Shown here one piece after another: positions 8,552-17,778 of a DNA stretch of 64,000 nucleotides (position 1 is the first letter of the stretch; each line of letters opens with the position of its first letter). A model generated the notes under the pieces. The model did not search any database, was not told the origin of the DNA, and saw nothing but the letters and a program-made list of their open reading frames with translations. Source of the stretch: Shigella phage Ag3; the sequence record FJ373894. One strand, written 5' to 3'. The position numbers and the translations under genes were made by a program.

Positions 8552-10465
8552 ATGTCTGATAAAATTGATATTGAACGCAAGTACAAGAAGCTCACGCACG
8601 TCGAGCATATCCTCCTTCGCCCAGAGCGTCATCTGGGCAGCATCCGTTCGTCTGTTGGTACGGTGTGGGTGTACGACCCAACCAAAGACCAAGTCATTTT
8701 CCGTGACAACTTTGAGTACTCCCCCGCCCTGATCAAACAGTTTGATGAAATCATCACCAACTGTGTTGACCACAGCAAGACGCCTGAGGGTAAATCCCTG
8801 ACGGAAATCACTGTCACGGTTTCCCCGATGAACGGTCAAATCATCGTTGCCGACAACGGGGGCATCCCTGTTGTGAAGCACGGTGTTACCAACGAGTGGT
8901 TGCCTGAGATGCTCTTCGGCTCCCTGTATGCAGGCAGCAACTTCAACGACGAAGACGAAGAGTACAACAACCAGAAGTCTGGTGGCCAGAACGGTGAAGG
9001 GGCTTCGCTCGTCAACGTGTTCTCCAAATGGTTCCGTGTTGCTACCAGTGATGGCAAGAAGTCTTATGCCCAGCTGTTTGAAGACAACATGAGCAAGAAG
9101 TCTAATCCGGTCATCAGCAATACGCCGAAAGAGTTCGGCACCACCATCGCCTGGATTCCTGACTATGCTCGCCTGGGTGTCAAAGGGCTTGACCAGAACA
9201 ACCTGCTGATGATCTATCGCCGCGCGTTTGAAGTGGCTGCGTGTAACCCGCGCCTGAAGGTTGTGCTGAACGGGAAGCAAATCCGGATTGACCGCTTTGG
9301 TCACTTCGTTGATTACTTCCATGCTGGTTCCGCTGTTGATGAATCTGGTGAATGGTCGGTTGCTGTAGCCCCTTCATCCGGTACGTTCATGCACGCATCA
9401 TACGTGAACTCTATTGCCACCCACATCGGTGGTCCTCACGTTGATTATGTCGCCGACCAGATCGTGGCTGCGATTCGTCCTCAGCTGGTGAAGAAGTTCA
9501 AGACCGAGCTGAAACCTGCCGTGATCAAGAACCACATGTCCTTGTTCATCGCCGCCGACATCAACAACCCGCGCTTTGACAGCCAGACCAAGGAGCGCAT
9601 GACCACTCCTGTAAGCCAGTTCGGTACGTCGTACAAACCGAGTGACAAACTCATCCGCAAGGCGCTTGAGTTCGTTATGGCTGGTCTGAGCAAAGAACTG
9701 GCTTCCCTGCGCAATGAGCAGGATGATGCTGAGTTTGAAAAGGCCAAGAAGGATATCAGCAAGCGGGATTATCGTGAGATTGAGAAGTATTACCCGGCGA
9801 CCGCCCGTGGTGACCGCAGCGGATGCTCCCTGTTGCTGACAGAGGGTGATAGCGCCTCCAATCCTATCCTGAACGCCCGTGACACCAAAAAGATCGGATT
9901 GTTCCCGCTTCGTGGTAAGTTCATCAACTGCCTGAACGCCCCGCGCACAAAGGTGATGAACAATGAAGAGTTCAAGAACCTGTGTACGATTCACGGCGGC
10001 GCAGTGCCCGGTCAGCCACTTGACATCAGCCGCTACCCACAGACTGTTGTGGCTACCGATGCGGACGATGACGGCATTCACATCCGTGGGTTGTTGATCA
10101 CCCTGTATTGCACCTACTGGCCGGAGTACGTCCGTCAGGGCAGGCTGAAGCTCCTGCGCACCCCTTACATGCGTGTATGGTGTGGTAAGGTGATGCATGA
10201 GTTCATGAACAACGCCGAGTATGAGGAGTTCCTGAAGACGCCTGATGCCAAGAAGATCACGAAGAAGAAATATCTGAAAGGTCTTGGCGGTAACAGCACT
10301 GAAGACTTCAAACGTATTCTAAACAACCTGGATGCGTATACTACGACGGTCACGCTGGACGATGGCTACCAACAGTCACTGAAGAATGGCTTCGGTGATG
10401 AGGCCGCCGATTACCGCAAAACCTGGTTTAGCGATGTTTGCCTGTTTGAAACTGAGGATGAATAA
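8552..10465 (+). CDS. DNA topoisomerase II large subunit (T4 gp39 plus gp60 equivalent, fused), GHKL ATPase plus TOPRIM
   Basis: 637 aa; GyrB-like ATPase motifs (NCVDHS, IVADNGGIP, GGQNGEGAS) and TOPRIM EGDSASNP; size fits fused gp39/gp60. Confidence 0.9.
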   Translation: MSDKIDIERKYKKLTHVEHILLRPERHLGSIRSSVGTVWVYDPTKDQVIFRDNFEYSPALIKQFDEIITNCVDHSKTPEGKSLTEITVTVSPMNGQIIVADNGGIPVVKHGVTNEWLPEMLFGSLYAGSNFNDEDEEYNNQKSGGQNGEGASLVNVFSKWFRVATSDGKKSYAQLFEDNMSKKSNPVISNTPKEFGTTIAWIPDYARLGVKGLDQNNLLMIYRRAFEVAACNPRLKVVLNGKQIRIDRFGHFVDYFHAGSAVDESGEWSVAVAPSSGTFMHASYVNSIATHIGGPHVDYVADQIVAAIRPQLVKKFKTELKPAVIKNHMSLFIAADINNPRFDSQTKERMTTPVSQFGTSYKPSDKLIRKALEFVMAGLSKELASLRNEQDDAEFEKAKKDISKRDYREIEKYYPATARGDRSGCSLLLTEGDSASNPILNARDTKKIGLFPLRGKFINCLNAPRTKVMNNEEFKNLCTIHGGAVPGQPLDISRYPQTVVATDADDDGIHIRGLLITLYCTYWPEYVRQGRLKLLRTPYMRVWCGKVMHEFMNNAEYEEFLKTPDAKKITKKKYLKGLGGNSTEDFKRILNNLDAYTTTVTLDDGYQQSLKNGFGDEAADYRKTWFSDVCLFETEDE

Positions 10466-10466
10466 G

Positions 10467-10913
10467 ATGGAATACCCGCTAACTCATCAAATGCAGCCAA
10501 CAAAAGACACGTGCATGTCAACGTGTCTGGCGATGTTGCTTGGTCGCCCGGTTGCTGAGGTTGCTGAAACATGGCATGAAAGTTTCGCAAATTGGGAAAC
10601 CACGATTGGTGACGTTCTTTGTATGGAAGGGGTTCCGTTCTTGTGTGGGAAGGGAGTCAACCAAACTGTCACCATCTATCATGATTATGTCTACCTTCTT
10701 TGCGTGCCAAGTCCAGCAACGCCAGGGATATTGCATCAGATCATTATGGATACCCGAGGCGACAAAGTTGTCATACATGACCCACTGAAGGGTACTGGCA
10801 AAAGATATTACACCCTAGATGAAGACGACAAATCTCCTCTGGCGGTAAAACTTGAAACTTGGATTGTAGACTACATTGTCGACCCGTATGAAGTGGGAGG
10901 TTATCGTGGGTAA
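10467..10913 (+). CDS. putative papain-like (C39-like) cysteine peptidase domain protein
   Basis: 148 aa from ATG 10467, one base after the topo stop; N-terminal Q-x5-D-T-C-x-S-T-C-L-A-M-L-L-G resembles the C39 catalytic Cys motif; downstream His candidates (GILHQII, VVIHDP). Confidence 0.4.
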   Translation: MEYPLTHQMQPTKDTCMSTCLAMLLGRPVAEVAETWHESFANWETTIGDVLCMEGVPFLCGKGVNQTVTIYHDYVYLLCVPSPATPGILHQIIMDTRGDKVVIHDPLKGTGKRYYTLDEDDKSPLAVKLETWIVDYIVDPYEVGGYRG

Positions 10914-10914
10914 G

Positions 10915-12246
10915 ATGGTTGCCAAGAGCATTACTGTAACGGACTTTGTCAACACTGACCATAAGCAGTTTTCTGTGGTCAACAGCATCCGTCAAATCCC
11001 TCAGCTGATTGACAGCCTCAAGCCGAGCCAGCGCAAGATCCTTTTCGCTGCTCTTGAGTACAACAAGGAGGAGATCGTTGACCGCCTTGGTATGTTCGCC
11101 GCCGCCCGGACCAACTACAAGTCTGGTGGTGAGAACATGAGCGGCACTATCGTGAACATGGCTCAGGGGTTCCCAGGCACGAACAACATCCCATACTTTG
11201 ACCGCGATGGCCAGTTTGGTTCTATCATGGGGCGCGACGCGTCGTCGGCACGTTACATTTCGGTGGCTGTATCTGATGTTATCCGCAAGATCTTCCGCAA
11301 GGAGGATGAGGGCATTTTAGAATACAATTACCTTGGTGAAGAAAGACTGGAGCCGAAGTTCTTCCTGCCCATCCTACCCATGTTCCTGGTGAATGGGATC
11401 AATGGTATCGGCACCGGATATTCCACCGACACCCCGTGTCATTGCGTTAAGTCCGTGCTCAGTGCCCTGAGAGCGCTTCTCCGTGGCGAAGACCCGAAAG
11501 ACTTAAAACCGTACTGGAACGGCTACAAAGGGGAGACAGGCTATACTGAGGAAGGAAGAGCATACAGTCGCGGCATCTTCCGTCGCGTCAATGCCACCAC
11601 CCTGCATATCACCGAAGTCCCAGTGGGTTGGTTCGCCAAGACCTATGAGACCAAGGTGTTGCTGCCTCTGTACAAGGCTGGTATCCTGACCGAGTACGCC
11701 AACGACACGACCGAAGATGGCTGGGATATCACGGTTGTATTCAAGCGGGGTGAACTCTCTAAGCTGAGTGATGAACAGGTTGAGCAGATGTTCAAGTTGT
11801 ACTCTGCTAACAAGCCTGTTTGGACAGCATGGGATGAAGACGGGGTAATCCATCGTTATGCGGGCTGGCAGGATATGTTGCTGCCGTTCTTCAATTATCG
11901 CCTGTCGCGGTATGAAGATCGTCGCCAGTATCTGTTGAAGGACATGGCAGACAGGATCCGCAAGCTGGGTGACCGGGCGGTGTTCATTGAATGGGCGACG
12001 CGTGTTGATCTCCGCCAAAAGATTGACGTGCTGAAGTCTCTGTTCATGCAGGACTATCCGGACTTTGGCGGTGATCTTGACGAGTTGTTCAAGATGCCGC
12101 TGTCGTCTATTACTCTGGACGCCCGTGAGCGCCTACTCAAGCAGATTGAGAACCTTGAAGCACAACACAAGGAATTAAGTAAGAAAGAGGACATCGATCT
12201 TTACACTGAAGACCTTGATGACCTTGAAAAGGCTCTTGGCCTATAA
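10915..12246 (+). CDS. DNA topoisomerase II medium subunit (T4 gp52-like, GyrA-type cleavage-religation)
   Basis: 443 aa from ATG 10915 (GGAGG upstream); GyrA-like N-terminus with SQRKILFAALE and active-site region SSARYISVAV. Confidence 0.85.
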   Translation: MVAKSITVTDFVNTDHKQFSVVNSIRQIPQLIDSLKPSQRKILFAALEYNKEEIVDRLGMFAAARTNYKSGGENMSGTIVNMAQGFPGTNNIPYFDRDGQFGSIMGRDASSARYISVAVSDVIRKIFRKEDEGILEYNYLGEERLEPKFFLPILPMFLVNGINGIGTGYSTDTPCHCVKSVLSALRALLRGEDPKDLKPYWNGYKGETGYTEEGRAYSRGIFRRVNATTLHITEVPVGWFAKTYETKVLLPLYKAGILTEYANDTTEDGWDITVVFKRGELSKLSDEQVEQMFKLYSANKPVWTAWDEDGVIHRYAGWQDMLLPFFNYRLSRYEDRRQYLLKDMADRIRKLGDRAVFIEWATRVDLRQKIDVLKSLFMQDYPDFGGDLDELFKMPLSSITLDARERLLKQIENLEAQHKELSKKEDIDLYTEDLDDLEKALGL

Positions 12247-12250
12247 CATC

Positions 12251-12268
12251 GGAGGGGTTCGCCCCTCC
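12251..12268 (+). terminator. stable UUCG-tetraloop hairpin after topoisomerase genes (terminator or RNA stability element)
   Basis: GGAGGGG-TTCG-CCCCTCC, perfect 7-bp stem, 5 nt after stop; no U-tract, so terminator function uncertain. Confidence 0.35.
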
Positions 12269-12288
12269 TCACCTGCGAGGGTTGTGCT

Positions 12289-12576
12289 ATGTTCTATCTC
12301 CGTTCTGCGGCACCTGTGGTATTCATCATTTTCCTATTTGATTTCCTGGTTCCTCGCTTTATCAAAGAAGAGGTGGCGTTTGGTCTCTATGGTGAGACGG
12401 AAGACCCAGAGGTCGATGAATATTACCCAATGTGCGCCCTGAAAGATATCGAGGAAGGAGAAGATGTTGCAATGGTCGGCACCATGCGTTCTTTCAACCT
12501 GTTTGGGCTTGCACTCTTTCCGAAGCTGGTTGGTGAATTGCGCCCATACGATCCTGATGCTACTGTAGAGGGTTGA
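12289..12576 (+). CDS. hypothetical protein
   Basis: 95 aa; GAGGG RBS; hydrophobic N-terminus. Confidence 0.4.
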   Translation: MFYLRSAAPVVFIIFLFDFLVPRFIKEEVAFGLYGETEDPEVDEYYPMCALKDIEEGEDVAMVGTMRSFNLFGLALFPKLVGELRPYDPDATVEG

Positions 12577-12578
12577 CC

Positions 12579-12890
12579 ATGTCACAGCTTCTGAGTCCTA
12601 AACTTCTGTCTATGGGTGATTCCCTGTATTTTCACTGCCCTGGATGTGATATGCTTCACCCATATCGCGTGAAGGGTGATGCCCAAGGTCCGATGTGGTC
12701 GTGGAACAACAATGTCGTTGCTCCTACGTTCACGCCGAGCCTGCTGGTGGATGCATCTGATCCAGCATCACGTTGCCATCTGTTCCTGACCGACGGCAAA
12801 ATACAATTCCTCGGCGACTGTTTCCATGATCTGAAGAACCAGACAGTGGATATGGTCGACATCCCTGAACCTGAAATTTGGATTGAATAG
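12579..12890 (+). CDS. hypothetical protein with putative zinc-binding Cys/His cluster
   Basis: 103 aa from ATG 12579 (GAGGG upstream); CPGCDMLH ... CHLF ... CFH. Confidence 0.4.
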   Translation: MSQLLSPKLLSMGDSLYFHCPGCDMLHPYRVKGDAQGPMWSWNNNVVAPTFTPSLLVDASDPASRCHLFLTDGKIQFLGDCFHDLKNQTVDMVDIPEPEIWIE

Positions 12891-12893
12891 ATT

Positions 12894-13304
12894 ATGAAAT
12901 TACTCGGTTATTTTCGCGAACTCCCAACGGGCACTGAAGGCAAGTTGTTCTCACAGGTGAAAGGGAATGACATCGGTGATACGATGGTTCCTCTGTACAC
13001 CCGTGACCTTCCTGCCGAAGGTGCCTGGGAGCGCCGTGTGGTCGCTGCTGCAAACAAGTATGGTGACGTGATCGTCGTTGCCGACCGTCACCATAGCAAA
13101 TTCATGAACAGTCAGCTCAAGATCCTGAAAGAGGCTGGTGTGATTAAATCCACCCATACCCGTGAACAGGGCTTTATCGACAATCAGGGCAACTTCCTCA
13201 CTCGTGAAGAGGCTTGCGTCGTAGCCCGTGAAGCCGGACAAATCAATCAGGTGCGCCTGAAGACAACCCCATTCCGTGAACTCTTTTCCGAAGACCTCTA
13301 TTGA
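12894..13304 (+). CDS. hypothetical protein
   Basis: 136-aa ORF in operon context; no recognisable motif. Confidence 0.45.
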   Translation: MKLLGYFRELPTGTEGKLFSQVKGNDIGDTMVPLYTRDLPAEGAWERRVVAAANKYGDVIVVADRHHSKFMNSQLKILKEAGVIKSTHTREQGFIDNQGNFLTREEACVVAREAGQINQVRLKTTPFRELFSEDLY

Positions 13305-13311
13305 AGAAAAA

Positions 13312-13329
13312 GGCGGTATCATTACCGCC
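13312..13329. terminator. hairpin, possible terminator
   Basis: GGCGGTA-TCAT-TACCGCC perfect 7-bp stem 8 nt after stop; flanked by AAAAA upstream and TTGACCCCTTGTTTGG downstream (U-tract imperfect on plus strand). Confidence 0.35.
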
Positions 13330-13354
13330 TTGACCCCTTGTTTGGTAAGACAAA

Positions 13355-13597
13355 ATGAACCCAGAATTTGAAAACCTGTTTGAGCGTTGTTTTGAGCCTG
13401 CGTCTGTTGCGGGTTACATGGACCGCCTCAGTAAAGAGATCATTGTCCGTCTGGCGGCGAAGGGTATCCATGTTGGTACGCTCGTGCGCAACGGTGACAA
13501 CTTCATCATACAGATGTCCGACTGTCGTCATCGTTCTGGCATCTTCTACGTTAAATGCATTGACAACAGCATTATTGAATGGAGACAGTACGCATGA
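13355..13597 (+). CDS. hypothetical protein
   Basis: 80-aa ORF; stop overlaps start of macrodomain gene (ATGA). Confidence 0.4.
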   Translation: MNPEFENLFERCFEPASVAGYMDRLSKEIIVRLAAKGIHVGTLVRNGDNFIIQMSDCRHRSGIFYVKCIDNSIIEWRQYA

Positions 13598-14193
13598 CCA
13601 CATATGTAATCAACGGCGGTGATTTACTGAAAGCCGCCTGTAGTTTCAACCTGATCGACATCTTCGCCCATGGTGCCAACTGCTGGTCTACCATGGGTGC
13701 GGGTATTGCTCTGCATATCGGCAACAACTTCCCCGCCCTGCGTGAAGCCGATGCGAACGATCCTCGTGGTCCAGAGCAACGCCTGGGTGGCATGTCCTAT
13801 GCATTCGACCACAGCAAGGGCGTTTGGGGCGCGAACCTCTACACTCAGTTCTATCCAGGTCCGAATGCCCGCATGCCGTCTGTCATCAGTTCTGTTCAGA
13901 CCCTGTTTGAGCAGGTTCACGAAATTGTGGAAGCAACTAAAGACGAAACCGTCTATGTCGGTCTGCCTGCTATCGGCTGTGGCATCGGTGGTCTGAAGCT
14001 CTTCAGCGTTGTCTGTCAGATCAACAAGGTGGCAGTATCCGTGTTTGAAGAAACGCGCCGCCGGGTTGTGCCTGTGTTCTACATCCGGGAGGAAGACGGG
14101 TTCGATGATGATCTGATGGATCTGTCAGATCTGATTGAAGATGGTATCATGATCGTCGAAGATGAACAAGAAATCATCGACGAGGAGGCGTAA
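13594..14193 (+). CDS. macrodomain protein (ADP-ribose binding/hydrolase family)
   Basis: 199 aa from ATG 13594 (GGAG 9 nt upstream); motifs HGANCWSTMGAGIALHI and GLPAIGCGIGGLK match macrodomain signatures (xNAAN..GGGV..AI and P.IS.G..G); acidic C-terminal tail. Confidence 0.65.
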   Translation: MTTYVINGGDLLKAACSFNLIDIFAHGANCWSTMGAGIALHIGNNFPALREADANDPRGPEQRLGGMSYAFDHSKGVWGANLYTQFYPGPNARMPSVISSVQTLFEQVHEIVEATKDETVYVGLPAIGCGIGGLKLFSVVCQINKVAVSVFEETRRRVVPVFYIREEDGFDDDLMDLSDLIEDGIMIVEDEQEIIDEEA

Positions 14194-14826
14194 ATGTACA
14201 AGTCTAACTTCCTTGCTGTGGCTGATAGCGAGACTCTGGGTCGCTGGGATGATGCTGTCGTGTTGTCCTGGGCGCATACCATCGCCGACCTGACCAAGCG
14301 TTATACTCTTCAGCAGCTGGTTGAGGAGCGCACGACGTTCATCAAGCTGAATGTCAAAGAGCAGATCGAACTCGGTCGCGTGAAGGACCAGGGGACGGTA
14401 GAATGGTGGTTGGGGACGGGTAAACGCAACCCGTGTGATGCGGCTCGCGCCGTCAGTCTATACCCGACTGAGCAGGACATCTCTATCTTCCAGCTGGCCG
14501 ATGAAATCCGCAAGGGTTGTCATCGCCTTGGTGTCGACCCGCGCTCGGTTGACTGGTGTGACCGTAACTTGTTCGATCTGCGCAAGGCTCAACACATCAT
14601 TGAGGTGACGTGTAAGCAGGACTCCAACGAGCCATGGAATTACCACCACACCTTCGACATCGTGAGCTGGCTGAAGGGTGTTGGGCAGCAGGATCGCTAT
14701 GCTGGTATCAAGGCATGGGAACTGGAAGGCATGGTCTATCATGATCCTCGTTATGACGCCGCGCTTGATTGGCTTCGCATTCAAAAGACTATGGAAGACC
14801 TGATGGGTCTGGAGGTGGTAGGATGA
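14194..14826 (+). CDS. DEDDh-type 3'-5' exonuclease (DexA-like)
   Basis: 210 aa; Exo I-like AVADSET, C-terminal YHDPRYDAALD (H-x4-D) typical of the DnaQ/RNase T/DexA fold. Confidence 0.5.
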   Translation: MYKSNFLAVADSETLGRWDDAVVLSWAHTIADLTKRYTLQQLVEERTTFIKLNVKEQIELGRVKDQGTVEWWLGTGKRNPCDAARAVSLYPTEQDISIFQLADEIRKGCHRLGVDPRSVDWCDRNLFDLRKAQHIIEVTCKQDSNEPWNYHHTFDIVSWLKGVGQQDRYAGIKAWELEGMVYHDPRYDAALDWLRIQKTMEDLMGLEVVG

Positions 14827-15128
14827 GCGCATTCTTCGAATTCGTCGGCGTCATAACAGTGACAGTATTCCTCGTGGTGACGTTGGGAGTTCTGTACTCT
14901 CTGTTTGTTCATCCTGTGTTCCAGGCCATCAGTATCATGCGTTGGATCACCGCTTGCTCCTTGTCGGTGGGTAACAAGCCGCCGACCCTGAAAGAGAGAT
15001 GGAGTTTCTTCAAATGGGGATATGAAATCGGTGGACCCAGAACAACCCGCTACTCTAACAACACCGGAGAATGGTGTGGGATAGGCCGATGGCAAGTATT
15101 CAAATCTGAAGAAGATGAAGCCCCGTGA
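14823..15128 (+). CDS. small membrane protein
   Basis: 101 aa from ATG 14823 (ATGA overlap); TM segment FFEFVGVITVTVFLVVTLGVLYSLFV. Confidence 0.4.
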   Translation: MSAFFEFVGVITVTVFLVVTLGVLYSLFVHPVFQAISIMRWITACSLSVGNKPPTLKERWSFFKWGYEIGGPRTTRYSNNTGEWCGIGRWQVFKSEEDEAP

Positions 15129-15140
15129 GGGGCTTTTCTA
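15119..15140 (+). terminator. intrinsic terminator
   Basis: AGCCCC-GTGA-GGGGCT hairpin (GNRA loop containing the stop codon) followed by TTTTCTATAT. Confidence 0.6.
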
Positions 15141-15192
15141 TATCCAGGATAGAGTATCATTGTTTCACCAATGAATCCTCGGGAGAGGCGAT

Positions 15193-15534
15193 ATGAAACC
15201 GTCTGTTGTGGTGAACGACATCACTATGTTGATAAACCTCGTCAAGGATGTGTTTCCACAACAGGTGGATGTCGAATATGTTGGAAAGAACGGGAAGTGC
15301 TATCAGGTTGCTCTGTTGTTGAAGCACGTGTACCCTCAAGCAGAGATCCATTACAGTCAGATTGAAGGCCACGTGTACACTCTGATTGATGGGAACTATT
15401 ACGACATCGACGGCATCCACTTCAGTGTCCCACCGGACACGTGTTTGCTCGAACACAACAGAGGCCACAAACCACATCGCTGGCATAAAGGATTTGTGAA
15501 CGTACCGATTTTAGAATGGTTGAGGAGACCATAA
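15193..15534 (+). CDS. hypothetical protein
   Basis: 113 aa; GGGAGAGG RBS. Confidence 0.45.
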   Translation: MKPSVVVNDITMLINLVKDVFPQQVDVEYVGKNGKCYQVALLLKHVYPQAEIHYSQIEGHVYTLIDGNYYDIDGIHFSVPPDTCLLEHNRGHKPHRWHKGFVNVPILEWLRRP

Positions 15535-16094
15535 TGGCAGGAATTGTGAAGTATCTGGGCGACACCCACCTTGGGCACAAGAAGATCTTCAAGCCCCGTG
15601 GGTTCGACACACAGGAAGCCCACGACGCTGCGGTCATTGACAGTATCTATCAGGGACTGAAGTCCCGAGACGTCCTTGAACTTGCAGGCGACATCTGCTT
15701 CATCGGGGCTGAGGGGTTCATTCGCCTGATGCGCGAGGGTGCCAAGCGGAACATTGATGAGTTCAAACGCCGCCCGGTTCCCGATGACTGGCGACCGAAC
15801 TTTATCATCAGGGTGGCGCAAGGCAACCATGACAGCTTCAAGATGTTGATGCAGCTGTATCAAGAGGGATGGATTAGCTCCTTCGGTGCCATGTATGAGC
15901 GTGACACTCCGGTTGGTCGTGTGCTGACCACTCACGTTCCTTATCAATTAGACCGCTGGGCGTATAATATCCATGGTCATCTTCACGGCGAAATGCGTGA
16001 AGAACGCGAATACCTGAACTGCAGCTGGGAACAATTCAAGCGCCCTGTGACATTGGCCGAGCTGCTCTATACCAATCTGGGGATTGAATTATGA
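15534..16094 (+). CDS. calcineurin-like metallophosphoesterase
   Basis: 186 aa from ATG 15534 (TAATG overlap, GAGGAG RBS); motifs GDTHLG, GDICF, GNHD, HGHLHG. Confidence 0.6.
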   Translation: MAGIVKYLGDTHLGHKKIFKPRGFDTQEAHDAAVIDSIYQGLKSRDVLELAGDICFIGAEGFIRLMREGAKRNIDEFKRRPVPDDWRPNFIIRVAQGNHDSFKMLMQLYQEGWISSFGAMYERDTPVGRVLTTHVPYQLDRWAYNIHGHLHGEMREEREYLNCSWEQFKRPVTLAELLYTNLGIEL

Positions 16095-16128
16095 GGGACG
16101 TCGCTTTGGCTTTCTGTATGGGGGCTGT

Positions 16129-16542
16129 ATGCCTCCTCGTGTTAATCATTGTAAAAACGGTATTGTCATCATGATCATTGCAGTGGATTTTGATGGGACT
16201 TGTGTGACACATGAGTACCCAAAGATCGGGCGGGATATCGGTGCTGAAGACTGCCTGAAGAGGCTCGTTGCCAAAGGGCATCAACTGATTTTGTTCACGA
16301 TGCGTTCTGGAGCGGAATTGGAGCAAGCGAAAACCTGGTTCCATGTTCGTGGCATCCCTCTGTATGGGGTTAATACGAACCCATCACAGAAGACTTGGAC
16401 GGAGTCTCCAAAGGCATACGCTCAGGTTTACATCGACGACGCTGCTCTTGGCTGTCCTCTCGTGTGGGATGAAATTTCCAATCGCCCCTGCGTGAATTGG
16501 CCAGAGATAGAACGCATGTTAAAGAAGAGAGGCATCTTATGA
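16129..16542 (+). CDS. putative HAD-family phosphatase
   Basis: DxDGT-type motif IIAVDFDGT near N-terminus; start ambiguous (ATG 16129 or 16171). Confidence 0.4.
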   Translation: MPPRVNHCKNGIVIMIIAVDFDGTCVTHEYPKIGRDIGAEDCLKRLVAKGHQLILFTMRSGAELEQAKTWFHVRGIPLYGVNTNPSQKTWTESPKAYAQVYIDDAALGCPLVWDEISNRPCVNWPEIERMLKKRGIL

Positions 16543-16877
16543 AAAAGCCGCGTATTACAGGGCACCAACTCTTGGTTCTCTACGGAATAGAGAACTTTGA
16601 GAAAGGTCATCGCCGTTATGGTGAACGGTACTTGCATCCCAAATCCTGGGCCAATGACAAGGGCAACACCGTCTGGACGTTCCAGGTATGCCCGAACGCT
16701 GGTGGTTTCACCTCCGTCAAAGGCGACCCATGGGACACCCGCACAGGGGCTTCCCTGCTCGCCAAGGGGTTGATCGAACCAGCTGGCTCAATGGTTCATG
16801 ACGGTTCGTACGTGAACTGGCCGAACACTGAGGTGACGTTCTACCGCCTGACTGAACTCGGTAAGTCTTATCTCTGA
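16539..16877 (+). CDS. hypothetical protein
   Basis: 112 aa from ATG 16539 (ATGA overlap; AGAGAGG upstream). Confidence 0.4.
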   Translation: MKKPRITGHQLLVLYGIENFEKGHRRYGERYLHPKSWANDKGNTVWTFQVCPNAGGFTSVKGDPWDTRTGASLLAKGLIEPAGSMVHDGSYVNWPNTEVTFYRLTELGKSYL

Positions 16878-16899
16878 ATAAAGATTCAGCGGTTATTGA

Positions 16900-16933
16900 A
16901 GAAGGGGGAGTATATACTTCCCCTTAGTTTATT
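16900..16933 (+). terminator. intrinsic terminator
   Basis: Long hairpin AAGGGGGAGTATA/TATACTTCCCCTT (one G-U) followed by AGTTTATT. Confidence 0.5.
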
Positions 16934-16947
16934 AAGAGGAACCGGAA

Positions 16948-17262
16948 ATGACCCCATTAAAAGAAATGTATGAGCGCCTGGCTGAACTGCAGGCGAAGGA
17001 AAAGCGCTTCTCAGAAGATGAGTCTGAAATCGCCGAGCTGAACAACCTGATTGCCACTCGCGAGAAATACCTGCAGCGCTACATTAATCACCCGCCGCGC
17101 ATGGTAGACCGCGTCAGCACTATCATGGACCTGGATGAAGTTACTCCTGGTAAAGAAATCATTGCCAGAGAAGTTCACCAGATGGTCGCCATGGGTCAGA
17201 TCTTCGGTCGTGCAGACCAGGACGATATGATCTTCCTCCTTGAAAAGAAACTGGTGATGTGA
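16948..17262 (+). CDS. hypothetical protein
   Basis: 104 aa; AAGAGGAA RBS. Confidence 0.45.
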   Translation: MTPLKEMYERLAELQAKEKRFSEDESEIAELNNLIATREKYLQRYINHPPRMVDRVSTIMDLDEVTPGKEIIAREVHQMVAMGQIFGRADQDDMIFLLEKKLVM

Positions 17263-17768
17263 TGGCTATCAAACCCCGTATGTTGTTTGCGCATATGCGC
17301 TCGGCTCACGCATACGCTCTGTCCAGCTATGCACAACGCCTGAAGGTCGGCTGTGTTATCGTTGACCCGCGTGTTGACCAGCCCCTGTCTATCGGTTGGA
17401 ACGGGACTGCTCCTGGCGCTCCTAATGTCTGTGAGCAGGAAGTAGACGGTCAACTGGTATCGGTGGGTGTTATCCATGCCGAGGAGAATGCTCTAAGCAA
17501 ACTCCCCCAGCACACTGAAGACTGTTGTGGCCTGGTGATGTTTGTCACTCATAGTCCATGCCCAGAGTGCACCCGTCGTATTATCGACAGTGGCAAGATC
17601 GCTAAAGTGTTCTATGACCGACCATATCGTATCACAGACGGCATTATTGAAATGCTGGCTGCTGGAATTGAAGTGTACCGTATGTGTTATCAGCATACTG
17701 TTGTTCAGCATTCTGTGAAGAACGGTGAACTGGTATCCACCCCTGTTTTAGTGAACCCTGACAAGTAA
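17262..17768 (+). CDS. dCMP deaminase (cytidine/deoxycytidylate deaminase family)
   Basis: Zinc-binding motifs HAEENAL and PCPEC; 168 aa. Confidence 0.75.
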   Translation: MAIKPRMLFAHMRSAHAYALSSYAQRLKVGCVIVDPRVDQPLSIGWNGTAPGAPNVCEQEVDGQLVSVGVIHAEENALSKLPQHTEDCCGLVMFVTHSPCPECTRRIIDSGKIAKVFYDRPYRITDGIIEMLAAGIEVYRMCYQHTVVQHSVKNGELVSTPVLVNPDK

Positions 17769-17778
17769 GGAATTTATC

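Noticed and set aside
8486-10198. Minus-strand ORFs 8486..9322 (278 aa) and 9398..10198 (266 aa)
   Set aside because: Both lie antisense inside the well-supported topoisomerase II large-subunit gene and have no recognisable motifs; treated as spurious.
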